A DNA stretch of 64,000 nucleotides from Candidatus Aminicenantes bacterium (GTDB lineage: Bacteria; Acidobacteriota; Aminicenantia; Aminicenantales; JAFGBC01). Shown here one piece after another: positions 36,343 through 45,337 of the stretch. Within the stretch, counting starts at the first letter, position 1; each line of letters begins with the position of its first letter. The DNA lies in assembly GCA_963702005.1 (NCBI GenBank), contig OY969696.1, forward strand, positions 1,440,001 to 1,504,000, read 5' to 3'. Both the position numbers and the translations under genes were made by a program. The notes below the pieces were generated by a model, which did not search any database, was not told the origin of the DNA, and saw nothing but the letters and a program-made list of their open reading frames with translations.

Positions 36343-36836
36343 TGGCCAAAGTTGTCCTGAAACTTGGCGACGATATCTCCACCGACATCATCTATCCCGG
36401 ACGCTATCTGGCGACGGTTCTCCCGAGCGAGACGCCCCAGTACGCTTTCGCCGACAACGCCGAGTTCAACGGCCGCCTCAAACGAAACGAGATACCGGCC
36501 GGGAGCGTAGTCGTCGCCGGCAAGAACTTCGGCTGCGGCTCCTCGCGCGAGCAGGCAGCCTCGACCCTCAAGGGTCATGAGCTTACGGTCGTGGCCCGCA
36601 ACTTCGCCCGGATCTTTCTCCAGAACTCGATCAACCTCGGGCTGCGGACCATCGTCTGCCCGGGGATCGAAGCCGAGGAGGGGGACGACCTGGAGATCAC
36701 TCCGGATAAGGGCATCAACCTGACGAGCGGGAAAAGCTTTCCGCTCGAGCCGCTCCCCAAGGCCCGCCAGGCCATCATCGACGCCGGCGGCCTCATTCCT
36801 TACACACGGAACAGGATCTTAGAGAAACTCAAGTGA
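36342..36836 (+). CDS. 3-isopropylmalate dehydratase/homoaconitase small subunit (LeuD/HacB-like)
   Basis: GDDISTDIIYPGRYL, GKNFGCGSSREQA, FARIF..N.IN.GL, IIDAGGL; TGATG coupling. Confidence 0.92.
   Translation: MAKVVLKLGDDISTDIIYPGRYLATVLPSETPQYAFADNAEFNGRLKRNEIPAGSVVVAGKNFGCGSSREQAASTLKGHELTVVARNFARIFLQNSINLGLRTIVCPGIEAEEGDDLEITPDKGINLTSGKSFPLEPLPKARQAIIDAGGLIPYTRNRILEKLK
36750..36805 (+). repeat. Direct repeat copy L (56 bp, 55/56 identical to 43100-43155)
   Basis: CCGCTCCCCAAGGCCCGCCAGGCCATCATCGACGCCGGCGGCCT(C/G)ATTCCTTACAC. Confidence 0.95.
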
Positions 36837-36893
36837 TGACCTATATTTTCTCATAAGTTGGCAGCCGAAAGCTCTTATTGAGATCCTTTCTTC

Positions 36894-36919
36894 AGGTCGA
36901 AGACGATCGGATTGACGCC
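36894..36919 (-). pseudogene. 26-bp remnant of the GH20 gene (matches 43753-43778, 25/26)
   Basis: AGGTCGAAGACGATCGG(A/G)TTGACGCC; encodes GVNPIVFDL on the minus strand in both places. Confidence 0.8.
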
Positions 36920-36955
36920 TGATAGCCTTCTTTTAAAATCTTTTTGCCGCAGCTA

Positions 36956-36989
36956 CGGCCTACACCCTCCTCGTCCTGGGGCTGGTCCT
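36956..36989 (+). pseudogene. 34-bp remnant of the 5' end of the DMT gene (matches 44407-44440, 31/34)
   Basis: CGGCCTACACCCTCCTCGTCCTGGGGCTGGTCCT vs CGGCCTACACCGTCCTCGCCCTGGGGTTGGTCCT (AYTLLVLGLVL vs AYTVLALGLVL). Confidence 0.8.
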
Positions 36990-37016
36990 CAGCGGGTCCT
37001 GCTCGGCCGAGGGGGG

Positions 37017-39170
37017 CTAGGCGGGGTACGGTCTCTCGGCGATGCCCCTGTAAACGGCCTGGGAGAAATTGATCGAACGCATCGGCGCCTGGGTGATTCC
37101 TTCCTCGAAGTAGTGGGCGGAGAGGCCCATGATGCGGCCGAAAATGAAGAGGGCCTTGGCCAGCCTGGGATCGAGGCCCATGTCTGCGATGATGGCGCCG
37201 ATGACGCCGTCGACATTGATGGGCAGGCTGAGGCCGCGGACTTCCTTGAGCATATCCTCGGCGATCTTGGAAAGGGCGACGCAGGTTCCGGCTGACCCGG
37301 TCTTCCCGGCGAGCCGCCACAGAACGTCGCGCCGGGGGTCCTTGGTATGGATACGGTGACCCATGCCTTCGATCCGCTTCCCCTGATGGATGTATTCGCG
37401 GATGACGGTCCGGACGGCGTCCTCGGGGCTGAGCCCTTTCTCGGCTGAGAGGCCGGCCGCGCGGCAAAAAAACACGGCCGCCTTTTCGCCGGCCCCGCCG
37501 TGGACGTCTGTGATGGCGCCCACGCCCTGGGCCACAGCGACTTCATAGGACGCCCGGACAGACGAGGCGATGAGGGTCGCCTGCGCCGAGGGGGGCGTGA
37601 CGCCATGGTCGATGGAGGCCACGATGATCGCCTCGAGCATGCGCGCCTTCTCTTTGTCCAAGGACATCGCGCCGCTGACGGCCCGGTAGACGGCGTGGGC
37701 GAAGGGAGCGTCGGGCGCCGACGCCTGGAGGGCCGAGCCGTGGGCCTGGAGCCCGGCCAGATATGCCGTGAAGCGTCCGAGGGCGAAGACGGTTTTCTCG
37801 GCTTGGGCCAGCCTCCCCTGGGGCTTGAAGCCGGCCAGCGTCTCGTCGTTGAGGATGCATTTTTGGAGAGTTTTGGACAGGTCTTCCTCGGGATTCCGGA
37901 CGACGGACGGGAAGGGCTTGAGGGCCGCCTCCATGGCCAGACGCGTGAGGGAGGCCGTCCGCGCCGAGTCCGGCCATTCCCCTTGGATGATGAGATAGGC
38001 GGCTTCGACAAGAGAGGCCCGTTCGATGAGGTCCTGGACTCGATATCCCCGCACGACGAGATTGTTGGGTTCGACTTTCGTGATCAGGGTTGTCCAGCTG
38101 GGACTGGGAGGCGGAGCTTCCCATAGGGACTTCATCTTGGCGTAGTAGCGCTCGGGCTGGAAATAGGTTTTCCCCTTGAGCTTGGACCGGGCGATGTCGA
38201 TTAGATCGTATTGGCTGTTGACGACGGGGACCCCGGCCGCCTCCAGCGCCTTTTTCTTGGACAGGAAAGTGCCCGTTTCGACGCCCGGCGTGATGATGGC
38301 CCCGGCATGGCCCATGGTTTTTCCCTCCGGGGCGTGGGCGCCCGAGATGAGGGCCACGAGGGGCTTGGGGTATCTGTTCGGATGGGCCCGGATGTCCTGG
38401 GCCAGAAGCTCCTCCTGGCACCCGCCGATTTCTCCAGCGACGATGACCAGGTCCGTCTTCTCGAACTCCATGGCTAAGGGGATGAGGTCGCGGAACGTGG
38501 AGCCGATGGCCCCGTCGCCGCCGATGCCGATCACGGCGTTCTGGGCGATGCCGATGCTGGCCATGGCGTCGGACATGTGATAGAGGATCGCTCCGCTGCG
38601 AGAGACGATGGTCACGCCTCCGGCCCCATAGCGCCCGGGCGAGATCTCCTCCGGGTAAAACACATCGGGCAGCATCCCGATCTTGATACGCTCCGGCGGA
38701 AAGATCAGCCCCGGCGTGTTCCCGCCGATGAGGACGGTCCCGTGCTTCCGGGCGGAAACGATGATGTCCCGGACGTCCTTCAAGGGGAGCCCTTCCGAGA
38801 TGAGGACGACCAAGGGAATCCCCGCTTCGATCGCTTCCAGGGCGGTCTCTTTCGCCGTCGAATAGTGACGCCAGATGCTCGCCGCGACGACGTCGGGATG
38901 CTCCGCCAGGCATTCTTTCACCGAGTCGAACACCGGGATGACCTCGTGGACGCGGGTTCCGCCCTCGCCCGGCGCGACGCCGGCCACGATGGACGTCCCG
39001 AAGTCGTGCATCAACCCGGCGTGTTTGGACCCCTGCCCGCCGAGGCCAAGAATGATCGTATCCAGCCGCCCTGTTTGAGCCACCCGCTCGGCCAGCCGCG
39101 GCCGGACCTTCCGGATGATGTGGTAGAGCATGCCGTCCGTCGCTTGGATCTTCTCGTCCATCACTTCCAC
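37017..39170 (-). CDS. Fusion: succinyl-CoA-ligase alpha-like CoA-binding subunit + citryl-CoA lyase/citrate-synthase-like domain (ATP-citrate-lyase A-like architecture)
   Basis: ISEG.P, GGNTPGLI, VSRSG, GIGGD, GEIGG, MGHAGA (phospho-His); then WTTLITKVEPNNLVVRGY, DHG..PPS, HGGA, GMGHRIH..DPR, NVDG. Confidence 0.88.
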   Translation of the reverse strand: MEVMDEKIQATDGMLYHIIRKVRPRLAERVAQTGRLDTIILGLGGQGSKHAGLMHDFGTSIVAGVAPGEGGTRVHEVIPVFDSVKECLAEHPDVVAASIWRHYSTAKETALEAIEAGIPLVVLISEGLPLKDVRDIIVSARKHGTVLIGGNTPGLIFPPERIKIGMLPDVFYPEEISPGRYGAGGVTIVSRSGAILYHMSDAMASIGIAQNAVIGIGGDGAIGSTFRDLIPLAMEFEKTDLVIVAGEIGGCQEELLAQDIRAHPNRYPKPLVALISGAHAPEGKTMGHAGAIITPGVETGTFLSKKKALEAAGVPVVNSQYDLIDIARSKLKGKTYFQPERYYAKMKSLWEAPPPSPSWTTLITKVEPNNLVVRGYRVQDLIERASLVEAAYLIIQGEWPDSARTASLTRLAMEAALKPFPSVVRNPEEDLSKTLQKCILNDETLAGFKPQGRLAQAEKTVFALGRFTAYLAGLQAHGSALQASAPDAPFAHAVYRAVSGAMSLDKEKARMLEAIIVASIDHGVTPPSAQATLIASSVRASYEVAVAQGVGAITDVHGGAGEKAAVFFCRAAGLSAEKGLSPEDAVRTVIREYIHQGKRIEGMGHRIHTKDPRRDVLWRLAGKTGSAGTCVALSKIAEDMLKEVRGLSLPINVDGVIGAIIADMGLDPRLAKALFIFGRIMGLSAHYFEEGITQAPMRSINFSQAVYRGIAERPYPA

Positions 39171-40444
39171 CCCTTACGATCGAAGGCGTAGCGGATCCCT
39201 TCCCGGATGACCTCGGCCATGATCTTCCGGTTGCCGACCGTGATGTGCATGTCCTCGAGCTCTTCGGGCGTTTCCCGCTTGGCCCGCTCCAGGAAGTCGC
39301 GGGCGCTCGGCAGGTCCGTCCCCACCATCCGGCCGATCACGGGCACGACGCGCCGCCCGCTCTTCCGCCTCTCCCTCAGGCATCCGACCAGGCCGCGAAT
39401 GAAAACATCGCACGAGGAGATGCCGCCGAACCGGGACGTGATGACGAGGTCGACGGTTTCATTGTCGAACAGGAGGTTGAACATCTCGGCGACCATGGCC
39501 ACGGTCGGGCCGCCGCCCGAGTCCATGAAGTTGACGGGCACCACGCGTCCGCCGAAAAACCTGTCGCCGACGTTAGCGACTTCATCGATGGAAAAAATCC
39601 CGTAGCCCGCCCCGCCGGGGACAAGCCCCACGTACAGCCGTTCCGGGTCCTTCCGGTGGTCCTCGGGCAGGAGGTCGACATAACGGAAGCCGGCTTCCCG
39701 CGCCCGGACTTCGTTCCGGGTTGGCTCGGAGACGTCATGCCGGACCTTCTCGAGCCCCAGGAAACGGAGGAGGCCGTTCTGGCGGTACAGGCCGTTGTCG
39801 TCGAGGACGACCTTGGCGTCCGCGGCCACGGGGCCGGCCGGCGAAATGAGGAGGGGATTGATCTCGGCCACCTTGCAGTCGTACTTCTGGAAAACCGTAT
39901 AGACCCGGGATATAACGGCCTTCAGCCGGTCGTGGTCCTCCTCGCCCAGCCCGAGGCCGGAGGCGAGGAAGGACGCCAACCGGAGGGCCGTGTCCTTGGG
40001 GAGGCTCTCGTCGTTGTCGGGGAGATCGACCCTCATGATCTTCTGTGGCGACTCCCGGGCCACCTGCTCGATGTCCACGCCTCCGGCCGGGCTGACGATG
40101 ACGGTGACATTGAAGTCGGCGGGATTCATTGTCACCCCGACATAGCACGCGCCGGCACCCTCGACCGCCTCCTCGAGCAGGATCCTGTCGACGACATAGC
40201 CGCCGATCCTCCGGCCCAGAATTTTCAGGGCCTGGGCGACCGCCTCCTGAGCGCTGCCGGCTTTTTGGATGCCGCCGGCCTTTCCCCGGCCGCCGACGAG
40301 GACGAGCGACTTGATCATCGCCGGTAGACGCAGCCCCGGCAGCTCCGGGATCTCCTCGGCCCGGCGGACCAAGCCGTAAGCCTTGGGGACGGGGATGCCT
40401 TCCTTTTCAAACAGCTGCTTGGCTTCGTTTTCGTAGAGTCGCAT
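39161..40444 (-). CDS. ATP-grasp succinyl-CoA/citryl-CoA ligase beta-like subunit
   Basis: MRLYENEAKQLF..GIPVP, GGRGKAGG, GGVDIE, EINPL, DAKV.LDDN, PVNFMDSGGG, FGGI. Confidence 0.88.
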   Translation of the reverse strand: MRLYENEAKQLFEKEGIPVPKAYGLVRRAEEIPELPGLRLPAMIKSLVLVGGRGKAGGIQKAGSAQEAVAQALKILGRRIGGYVVDRILLEEAVEGAGACYVGVTMNPADFNVTVIVSPAGGVDIEQVARESPQKIMRVDLPDNDESLPKDTALRLASFLASGLGLGEEDHDRLKAVISRVYTVFQKYDCKVAEINPLLISPAGPVAADAKVVLDDNGLYRQNGLLRFLGLEKVRHDVSEPTRNEVRAREAGFRYVDLLPEDHRKDPERLYVGLVPGGAGYGIFSIDEVANVGDRFFGGRVVPVNFMDSGGGPTVAMVAEMFNLLFDNETVDLVITSRFGGISSCDVFIRGLVGCLRERRKSGRRVVPVIGRMVGTDLPSARDFLERAKRETPEELEDMHITVGNRKIMAEVIREGIRYAFDRKGWK

Positions 40445-40489
40445 CTCAACCTCGCATTAGAACGAACCCGCCCGGGCCGGGGTCACTGT

Positions 40490-42328
40490 TTATCCGCCTT
40501 CGATTCCGGATTTCCCCCCCGAGTTTAATAATCCGCCCCTCCGGAAAATCGCCATTTGAGTTTCCGAGAACGGTTTGACGTAGAGGACTTCGCCGGTCCG
40601 ATGCCGTCTCACCTCGCCCGAGACAAAGTCGATGGTGACGTCCTCGCCGCTCTCCAGGCCCGGCGAGAGGAGGTCGCCCGTGAGGGCCGGCAGCCCGGCG
40701 TTGATCGCGTTTCGCTCGTAAATGGCGCCGAACGAGCGGGCGACAATGGCCTGGATCCCCAGACTCTTGAAGCAGTCGACGGCCTGCTGGCGCGAGGAGC
40801 CGGCGCCGAAGTTGCCGGCCGTGACCACGATGTCGCCGCGCGCGGCCTTCTTGGCGAAATCTTCCCAGCCGGCGAGGTTGTTGAAGGTGTATTGGCCCAT
40901 TTGAGCGATGTCCGTGATGGCCAGATACCTGTTGTGGAAGATCATGTCCGTGTCGATGTTGTCCTTGTCGATGACCCAGACGCGTCCTTTGATGACGGAG
41001 GGCCTGTCCACGCCGGCCGCAATCTTTCTTCCTCCTTCTTTCCGGGAAACGGTCTTGAGCCCGGCCGCTGCAAAAAGGACGGGCTTCTCGGGGATGTCCG
41101 AGGCCGCCGTAATGCGGCCGGCAACGGCGGAGGCGGCGGCCGTGGCGGGCGAGGCGAGGTAGACGTTCCCCTTCCCCTGCTTGCCAGCGAAATTCCTGTT
41201 GCCGGTGCTGACCGTGACCTCGCCGGGGCCGTTTTGGCCGATCTGTCCCTCGGCGCAGCCGGCGCAACCGGGATTGCCCACGAGGGCGCCGGCCTTGATG
41301 AACGTGTCCATCAGACCCGTTTCAAGGCATTTCTGCCAGATCGTCCGCGTGGCCGGGACGATTTTCAGGACGACTCCCGGGGCCGCCTTGCGGCCCTTGA
41401 GGATATCGGCGGCCGCGAGCATGTCCTCGTAGCGGCCGTTGGTGCATGACCCGATGAACGCGGAGTCGATCTTGGTCCCGGCGACGTCGCTCACGGGGAC
41501 GACGTCCTCGGGATGACCCGGGCGGGAGATCAGGGGGATGAGGTCCGAAACGTCGATTTCGACAGCCCTGTCGTAGGCCGCGTCGGAGTCGGCGAACGGG
41601 GCCCGGCCCTTTTTGCCGAGCGTGTTAAAATGTTCCAGCACGGCGTTGTTGGGAGGAAAGAGGAGGATGATCGCCCCCATTTCCGTAGCCAGGGAGGCGA
41701 TGGTGATCCGCTCGCTGAGCCCCAGGCCGTTGACGGCTTGACCGTAGAGCTCGGCGCTCATTCCCAGGAGGCCGGCCGCGCCGAACTCACGGAGGAGCCT
41801 CAAGCCGATATCCTTTGCTGTGGTTTCTGAGGGCGGATTCCCCTTCAGGATGACCTTTATGGATCCGGGGACCTTGAACCAGACCTGGCCGTAGGCCCAG
41901 GCGGCGGCGATGTCCTGGTCTCCCATCCCCTGGCCAAAGGCGCCGATAGCCCCCAGGATGTTGGCGTGGGAGTCGGTCGAGACGAGCGTGCCCCCCGGCA
42001 GGACCAGGCCCTCGTCGATGGCGATGTGCGTGCCGATCCCGGCATCGATATCATGGACGATGATGGACTGCTCCCGTGCGAAAACTCGGCAGAGCTGCTG
42101 GTTGGCCGCGTACTTCTGGTCCGAGCCGCCCGGGTTGCAGTCGAAGGTGAAGAATGTCCTGGAGACGTCGTGGACGCCGAGCTTGTTGTCCGTCAGGTTC
42201 TTGACGACGCTGGCGCCGCCGAAATCGCGGGCGATCCGGGCATCGATGCGCACGTCGGCGATGTCGCCGGGCTTGACCTTCCGCCCGGAATGGTCGGAGA
42301 GGATTTTCTCGATGATGGTCTGTCCCAT
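40490..42328 (-). CDS. Single-chain aconitase/IPM dehydratase family protein (large+small subunit fused)
   Basis: MGQTIIEKIL, TDSH, GSCTNG, PGCAGC, STGNRNF.GKQG; C-terminal swivel DNIDTD, NFGAGSSRQQA. Confidence 0.9.
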   Translation of the reverse strand: MGQTIIEKILSDHSGRKVKPGDIADVRIDARIARDFGGASVVKNLTDNKLGVHDVSRTFFTFDCNPGGSDQKYAANQQLCRVFAREQSIIVHDIDAGIGTHIAIDEGLVLPGGTLVSTDSHANILGAIGAFGQGMGDQDIAAAWAYGQVWFKVPGSIKVILKGNPPSETTAKDIGLRLLREFGAAGLLGMSAELYGQAVNGLGLSERITIASLATEMGAIILLFPPNNAVLEHFNTLGKKGRAPFADSDAAYDRAVEIDVSDLIPLISRPGHPEDVVPVSDVAGTKIDSAFIGSCTNGRYEDMLAAADILKGRKAAPGVVLKIVPATRTIWQKCLETGLMDTFIKAGALVGNPGCAGCAEGQIGQNGPGEVTVSTGNRNFAGKQGKGNVYLASPATAAASAVAGRITAASDIPEKPVLFAAAGLKTVSRKEGGRKIAAGVDRPSVIKGRVWVIDKDNIDTDMIFHNRYLAITDIAQMGQYTFNNLAGWEDFAKKAARGDIVVTAGNFGAGSSRQQAVDCFKSLGIQAIVARSFGAIYERNAINAGLPALTGDLLSPGLESGEDVTIDFVSGEVRRHRTGEVLYVKPFSETQMAIFRRGGLLNSGGKSGIEGG

Positions 42329-42417
42329 GCTGGACTCCGTATCGGCGTTTTTCTTCAGGGGGCCGTCATCCGGACGTCTTCTCCCCCCGCGCGGTTGGAG
42401 AGGACGAGCCCCGCTCT

Positions 42418-42996
42418 TCAACCCTCGATGATCATCCCTTTTTGTTTCATGACGAGGGGATCGAAGGTCGCAAAATCCGCCTGATGGATGAGGACGGCTT
42501 CGACAACCTGCGGCCTGCCCTCGCCCTCCTTGGCGTGGCAGACGATGATGTTGATGATATCCCCCGGCAGGCCGCATTCGGCGGCTAGGATGGCCCCGGA
42601 AACCGGGTGCCGGGCGTATTGACCCGACAGGCTCTTGCGAAAACCTCCCTTCCCATCGGGTTCGATCTCGAGAAGCTTCCCCACGTCATGAAGCAGGCCG
42701 CCGGCATAGAGGCGGTCGAAGTCGATGGCATAGGGCAGCTTGGCATAGGCCTCGGCCTGGGCCCGCCCCAAGGCCACGGCCCCCTCGGTGACGGCAATCG
42801 TGTGCTCGACGAAATTAACGCCGAGCGGGTCCGTGAGCAGGGTGAAGGGCATCCGTTTCAGCTCTTCGATGGATGTCCAACCGCCCCTCTCACAGGCGAG
42901 AACGAAGACCTTGATGATCTTAGCGTGAAGCGCCTGGTCCTTAATTCGGCCCAGCTGCTTTTCGAACAGCGACTCGACGTCTTTATGGCTGATCAT
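42418..42996 (-). CDS. HD-domain metal-dependent hydrolase
   Basis: EHT...LLHDVGK...RH...H...HQAD. Confidence 0.85.
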   Translation of the reverse strand: MISHKDVESLFEKQLGRIKDQALHAKIIKVFVLACERGGWTSIEELKRMPFTLLTDPLGVNFVEHTIAVTEGAVALGRAQAEAYAKLPYAIDFDRLYAGGLLHDVGKLLEIEPDGKGGFRKSLSGQYARHPVSGAILAAECGLPGDIINIIVCHAKEGEGRPQVVEAVLIHQADFATFDPLVMKQKGMIIEG

Positions 42997-43058
42997 GCCG
43001 GCCCTCCTCGAACGCGGCAGAGGCGCTGCGATCGAAGCGGCGCCTGGAAACAGGTTTA

Positions 43059-43087
43059 AAGATAGCATTTGGGGACGAGATTTTCAA
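43059..43087 (-). promoter_or_regulatory. Putative sigma70 promoter of the HD-aconitase-ligase-lyase operon
   Basis: TTGAAA-17 nt-TATCTT with TG extension on the minus strand. Confidence 0.55.
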
Positions 43088-43099
43088 GGGCGGGGACTC

Positions 43100-43201
43100 C
43101 CGCTCCCCAAGGCCCGCCAGGCCATCATCGACGCCGGCGGCCTGATTCCTTACACGAGAAAGCGGCTCCTGGAAAAGACGCCGGGGGCCGCGAAAGGCTG
43201 A
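43100..43201 (+). pseudogene. Orphan second copy of the leuD-like 3' end (direct repeat copy R, 43100-43155, plus alternative C-terminus)
   Basis: Encodes PLPKARQAIIDAGGLIPYTRKRLLEKTPGAAKG* vs PLPKARQAIIDAGGLIPYTRNRILEKLK* in the intact gene. Confidence 0.9.
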
Positions 43202-43205
43202 CGAA

Positions 43206-44300
43206 TCAGGCCGGCTTTTTTCTCAGGCGCTCCGATAAGGCTACCAGCGCCGGGAGCTTCGACGTCTCGCCGGCCGTCGGACTCCCCCAGATCGTGCACA
43301 GGTGGCCCAGCATCCGGTCCGTGTCGAATTTCAGGGAATAGTTGAACAGGGCTTCGGCCGCCCGGACATTCCGGAAGCTCGTCGGCAGGACTCGGAATCC
43401 CTTGTCCAGAAAAACCTTGATGGACGGGTAGGCCTTCATGGACTCGTAATGCCAGTCGCAGATGACGATGTCCTTGGGGATCCTGTCCAGGGCCCGCCAG
43501 GTCCCGTTGTAGGAGGATTCCCAGACTCCGTAGCTCATGGCCGGGCCTTCGATGAGGCGGTCTCCCCACAGGTACATTTCCTTGCCGCGCTCTTTGACGA
43601 TATGTCCGTAGAGGTCGTTGACGGCCTTGGCGAAGAGGTCGGCGGGATCCCTGCCCTTGCAGCGCGGGCAGTAATCGCTCGCGATCAGGAAGACCTCGTC
43701 CATGCCGACGTGGAGGCCGTCCGCCTCGAAGACGTCGAGAAGCTCGTCCAGGAGGTCGAAGACGATCGGGTTGACGCCGGGATGGAGAGGGCACCAGCTC
43801 CGGCAGTAGATGTCCTTGTTCCCCGCGAATTTCCCGGGTGTTTCGTCGAACTCGGGATAGCGGACCAAGAGCGGAAAGGTTTTCTCCTCCCAGGATTGGT
43901 GCCCCAGGGACTGAAACTCGGGGATAAGCCGGATTTTGTATTCGCGGCCGAGGGCGACGATTTGCTTGACGGTCTCCCGGGAAACCGGATCCGCGCCGCG
44001 CAGCTCGGGATGAGACGTGTACTCGTAGTTATAGTCCATTTCGACGAAAAGGAGGTTGATTCCGGCGCCGGCCAGGGCGGGGATCTCCTTGATGAGCTCC
44101 TCGGCGGCTTTTTGGGATTCGATGAGGACGTGAAGTCCGAAGACAAGAGGCCGGGCGGGGAGGGGGATGATCTCGGCCGGCCGCGTCGGACGGCATCCGG
44201 GCTGGATCAGCATAGCGCTCGTCACCGCCAGAACGGCGAGACCGAGCTTCCAGAGATCGGGGCCTTTTCGATCGTTGAGCGCGAACCTTGGCTGTGTCAT
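43206..44300 (-). CDS. Glycoside hydrolase family 20-like (beta-N-acetylhexosaminidase-type), probably a lipoprotein
   Basis: LIPEFQSLGH, HVGMDE catalytic pair, WGD, DWHY; hydrophobic N-terminus ending IQPGC. Confidence 0.8.
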   Translation of the reverse strand: MTQPRFALNDRKGPDLWKLGLAVLAVTSAMLIQPGCRPTRPAEIIPLPARPLVFGLHVLIESQKAAEELIKEIPALAGAGINLLFVEMDYNYEYTSHPELRGADPVSRETVKQIVALGREYKIRLIPEFQSLGHQSWEEKTFPLLVRYPEFDETPGKFAGNKDIYCRSWCPLHPGVNPIVFDLLDELLDVFEADGLHVGMDEVFLIASDYCPRCKGRDPADLFAKAVNDLYGHIVKERGKEMYLWGDRLIEGPAMSYGVWESSYNGTWRALDRIPKDIVICDWHYESMKAYPSIKVFLDKGFRVLPTSFRNVRAAEALFNYSLKFDTDRMLGHLCTIWGSPTAGETSKLPALVALSERLRKKPA

Positions 44301-44372
44301 GGCGCGGCCTCCTATTCCTCGTCCCATTCTATCACCGTCCCTCCGAAACGGGAAAGCGGATATAATACCTCT

Positions 44373-45176
44373 ATGCCCGTCACTCTGAGCCTGGCCGCGG
44401 CGGCCGCGGCCTACACCGTCCTCGCCCTGGGGTTGGTCCTGATGAAAAAGGGGATCGGCTGGATCGGGCACAAAGGCCCCAAGGACAGAGCTTTCCGGAC
44501 AAGCCTGGCCGTCTGGCTGTCCGGTTTCTTCCTCAGCAACCTTTACGTCCTCCCGGCCGCGGCGGCGCTCGGGACGCTGTCCCCCCATATTGTCGCCTCC
44601 TTCGCGGGTTGGGGGGTGGCGGTCATGGTCGTCCTGGCCGCTTTGGTACTGGGAGAACGGCTCTTCGCCTCCGACCTTGCCTTCACGGCCCTGATCGCCT
44701 CCGCCATCGTCCTGCTCAATATCTACGAGGGGGCTGACGCGGGAAACGTCCCCCGCTCCGCCCCGTTTGCAGCCGTCGCTATCCTTCCTTTTCTGGCCGT
44801 CCTTCCCGCGTTTGCGAGGTCCGCCCGCCCCAGGCTCAAAGCGCTTCTGTTCGCCGCCGTCTCCGGCGCCTTGGCCGGACTGATCGTCGTGATCATGAAG
44901 GTCCTCGTCCGCCTCCACGGCTTCCGGATCGTCCGCTATCCCGGCTCGCTCTATTTCTATCTTTATCTGCTGTTCTCGCTGGCGGCCTTTCTCGCCCTCC
45001 AGCTCGCCTTCAAGCGGGCGGGGCTGATGCGGGTCGGGCCCGTCCAGTACTCGGCCTCGATCGCCTATCCGGTCCTCGGCTCGCTCCTCGTCTTCGGGGC
45101 ACGGCTCCATCCCGTCCAGTGGGCCGCCCTGGCCATCCTCATCATCGGCGTCGCCGGGATCCTCCGCAAACGTTAA
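44373..45176 (+). CDS. DMT-superfamily (NIPA/EamA-like) membrane protein
   Basis: ~9 TM helices, LALGLVLMKK, LVLGERL, VFGARL. Confidence 0.7.
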   Translation: MPVTLSLAAAAAAYTVLALGLVLMKKGIGWIGHKGPKDRAFRTSLAVWLSGFFLSNLYVLPAAAALGTLSPHIVASFAGWGVAVMVVLAALVLGERLFASDLAFTALIASAIVLLNIYEGADAGNVPRSAPFAAVAILPFLAVLPAFARSARPRLKALLFAAVSGALAGLIVVIMKVLVRLHGFRIVRYPGSLYFYLYLLFSLAAFLALQLAFKRAGLMRVGPVQYSASIAYPVLGSLLVFGARLHPVQWAALAILIIGVAGILRKR

Positions 45177-45199
45177 AGCTATCCTTGAAGGTTGAGCGA

Positions 45200-45337
45200 G
45201 GGGTTGTGGGGTGAAGAGGCCCTACGAAGGGTCGAGCGGGCATGGTCCGATTTGTCTTCAAATCGGGAGCGAGACCCGAAGTGGGAGCGGGTTTGACTCG
45301 CTGGGGCAAACACGCGTCCTCTGAACTCCCACACCCC
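45200..45337. mobile_element. 138-bp MITE-like/structured element
   Basis: Imperfect 20-bp terminal inverted repeats (GGGGTTGTGGGGTGAAGAGG / CCTCTGAACTCCCACACCCC), flanking direct repeat GAGCGA, internal hairpins. Confidence 0.55.

Noticed and set aside
37017-40444. Evidence for autotrophic reverse TCA carbon fixation
   Set aside because: No 2-oxoglutarate or pyruvate synthase or fumarate reductase in the window; the ligase/lyase alone does not establish direction or substrate
42995-43099. Functional 68-aa ORF leading into the second leuD-like copy
   Set aside because: Overlaps the promoter and start of the opposite-strand operon and has no RBS; weak IEA..G similarity suggests at most a decayed remnant
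36750-43155. Autonomous integrative element or prophage
   Set aside because: No integrase, relaxase or phage gene between the repeats; only metabolic genes
36750-44440. Diversity-generating retroelement TR/VR pairs as an explanation for the short repeats
   Set aside because: No reverse transcriptase; repeats are too short and mismatches are not adenine-specific
45200-45337. Lysine riboswitch, 6S RNA or SRP RNA
   Set aside because: Consensus motifs are absent beyond a short AGAGG, and the likely dehydrogenase promoter (TGGTAATCT, ~45377) lies downstream of the element
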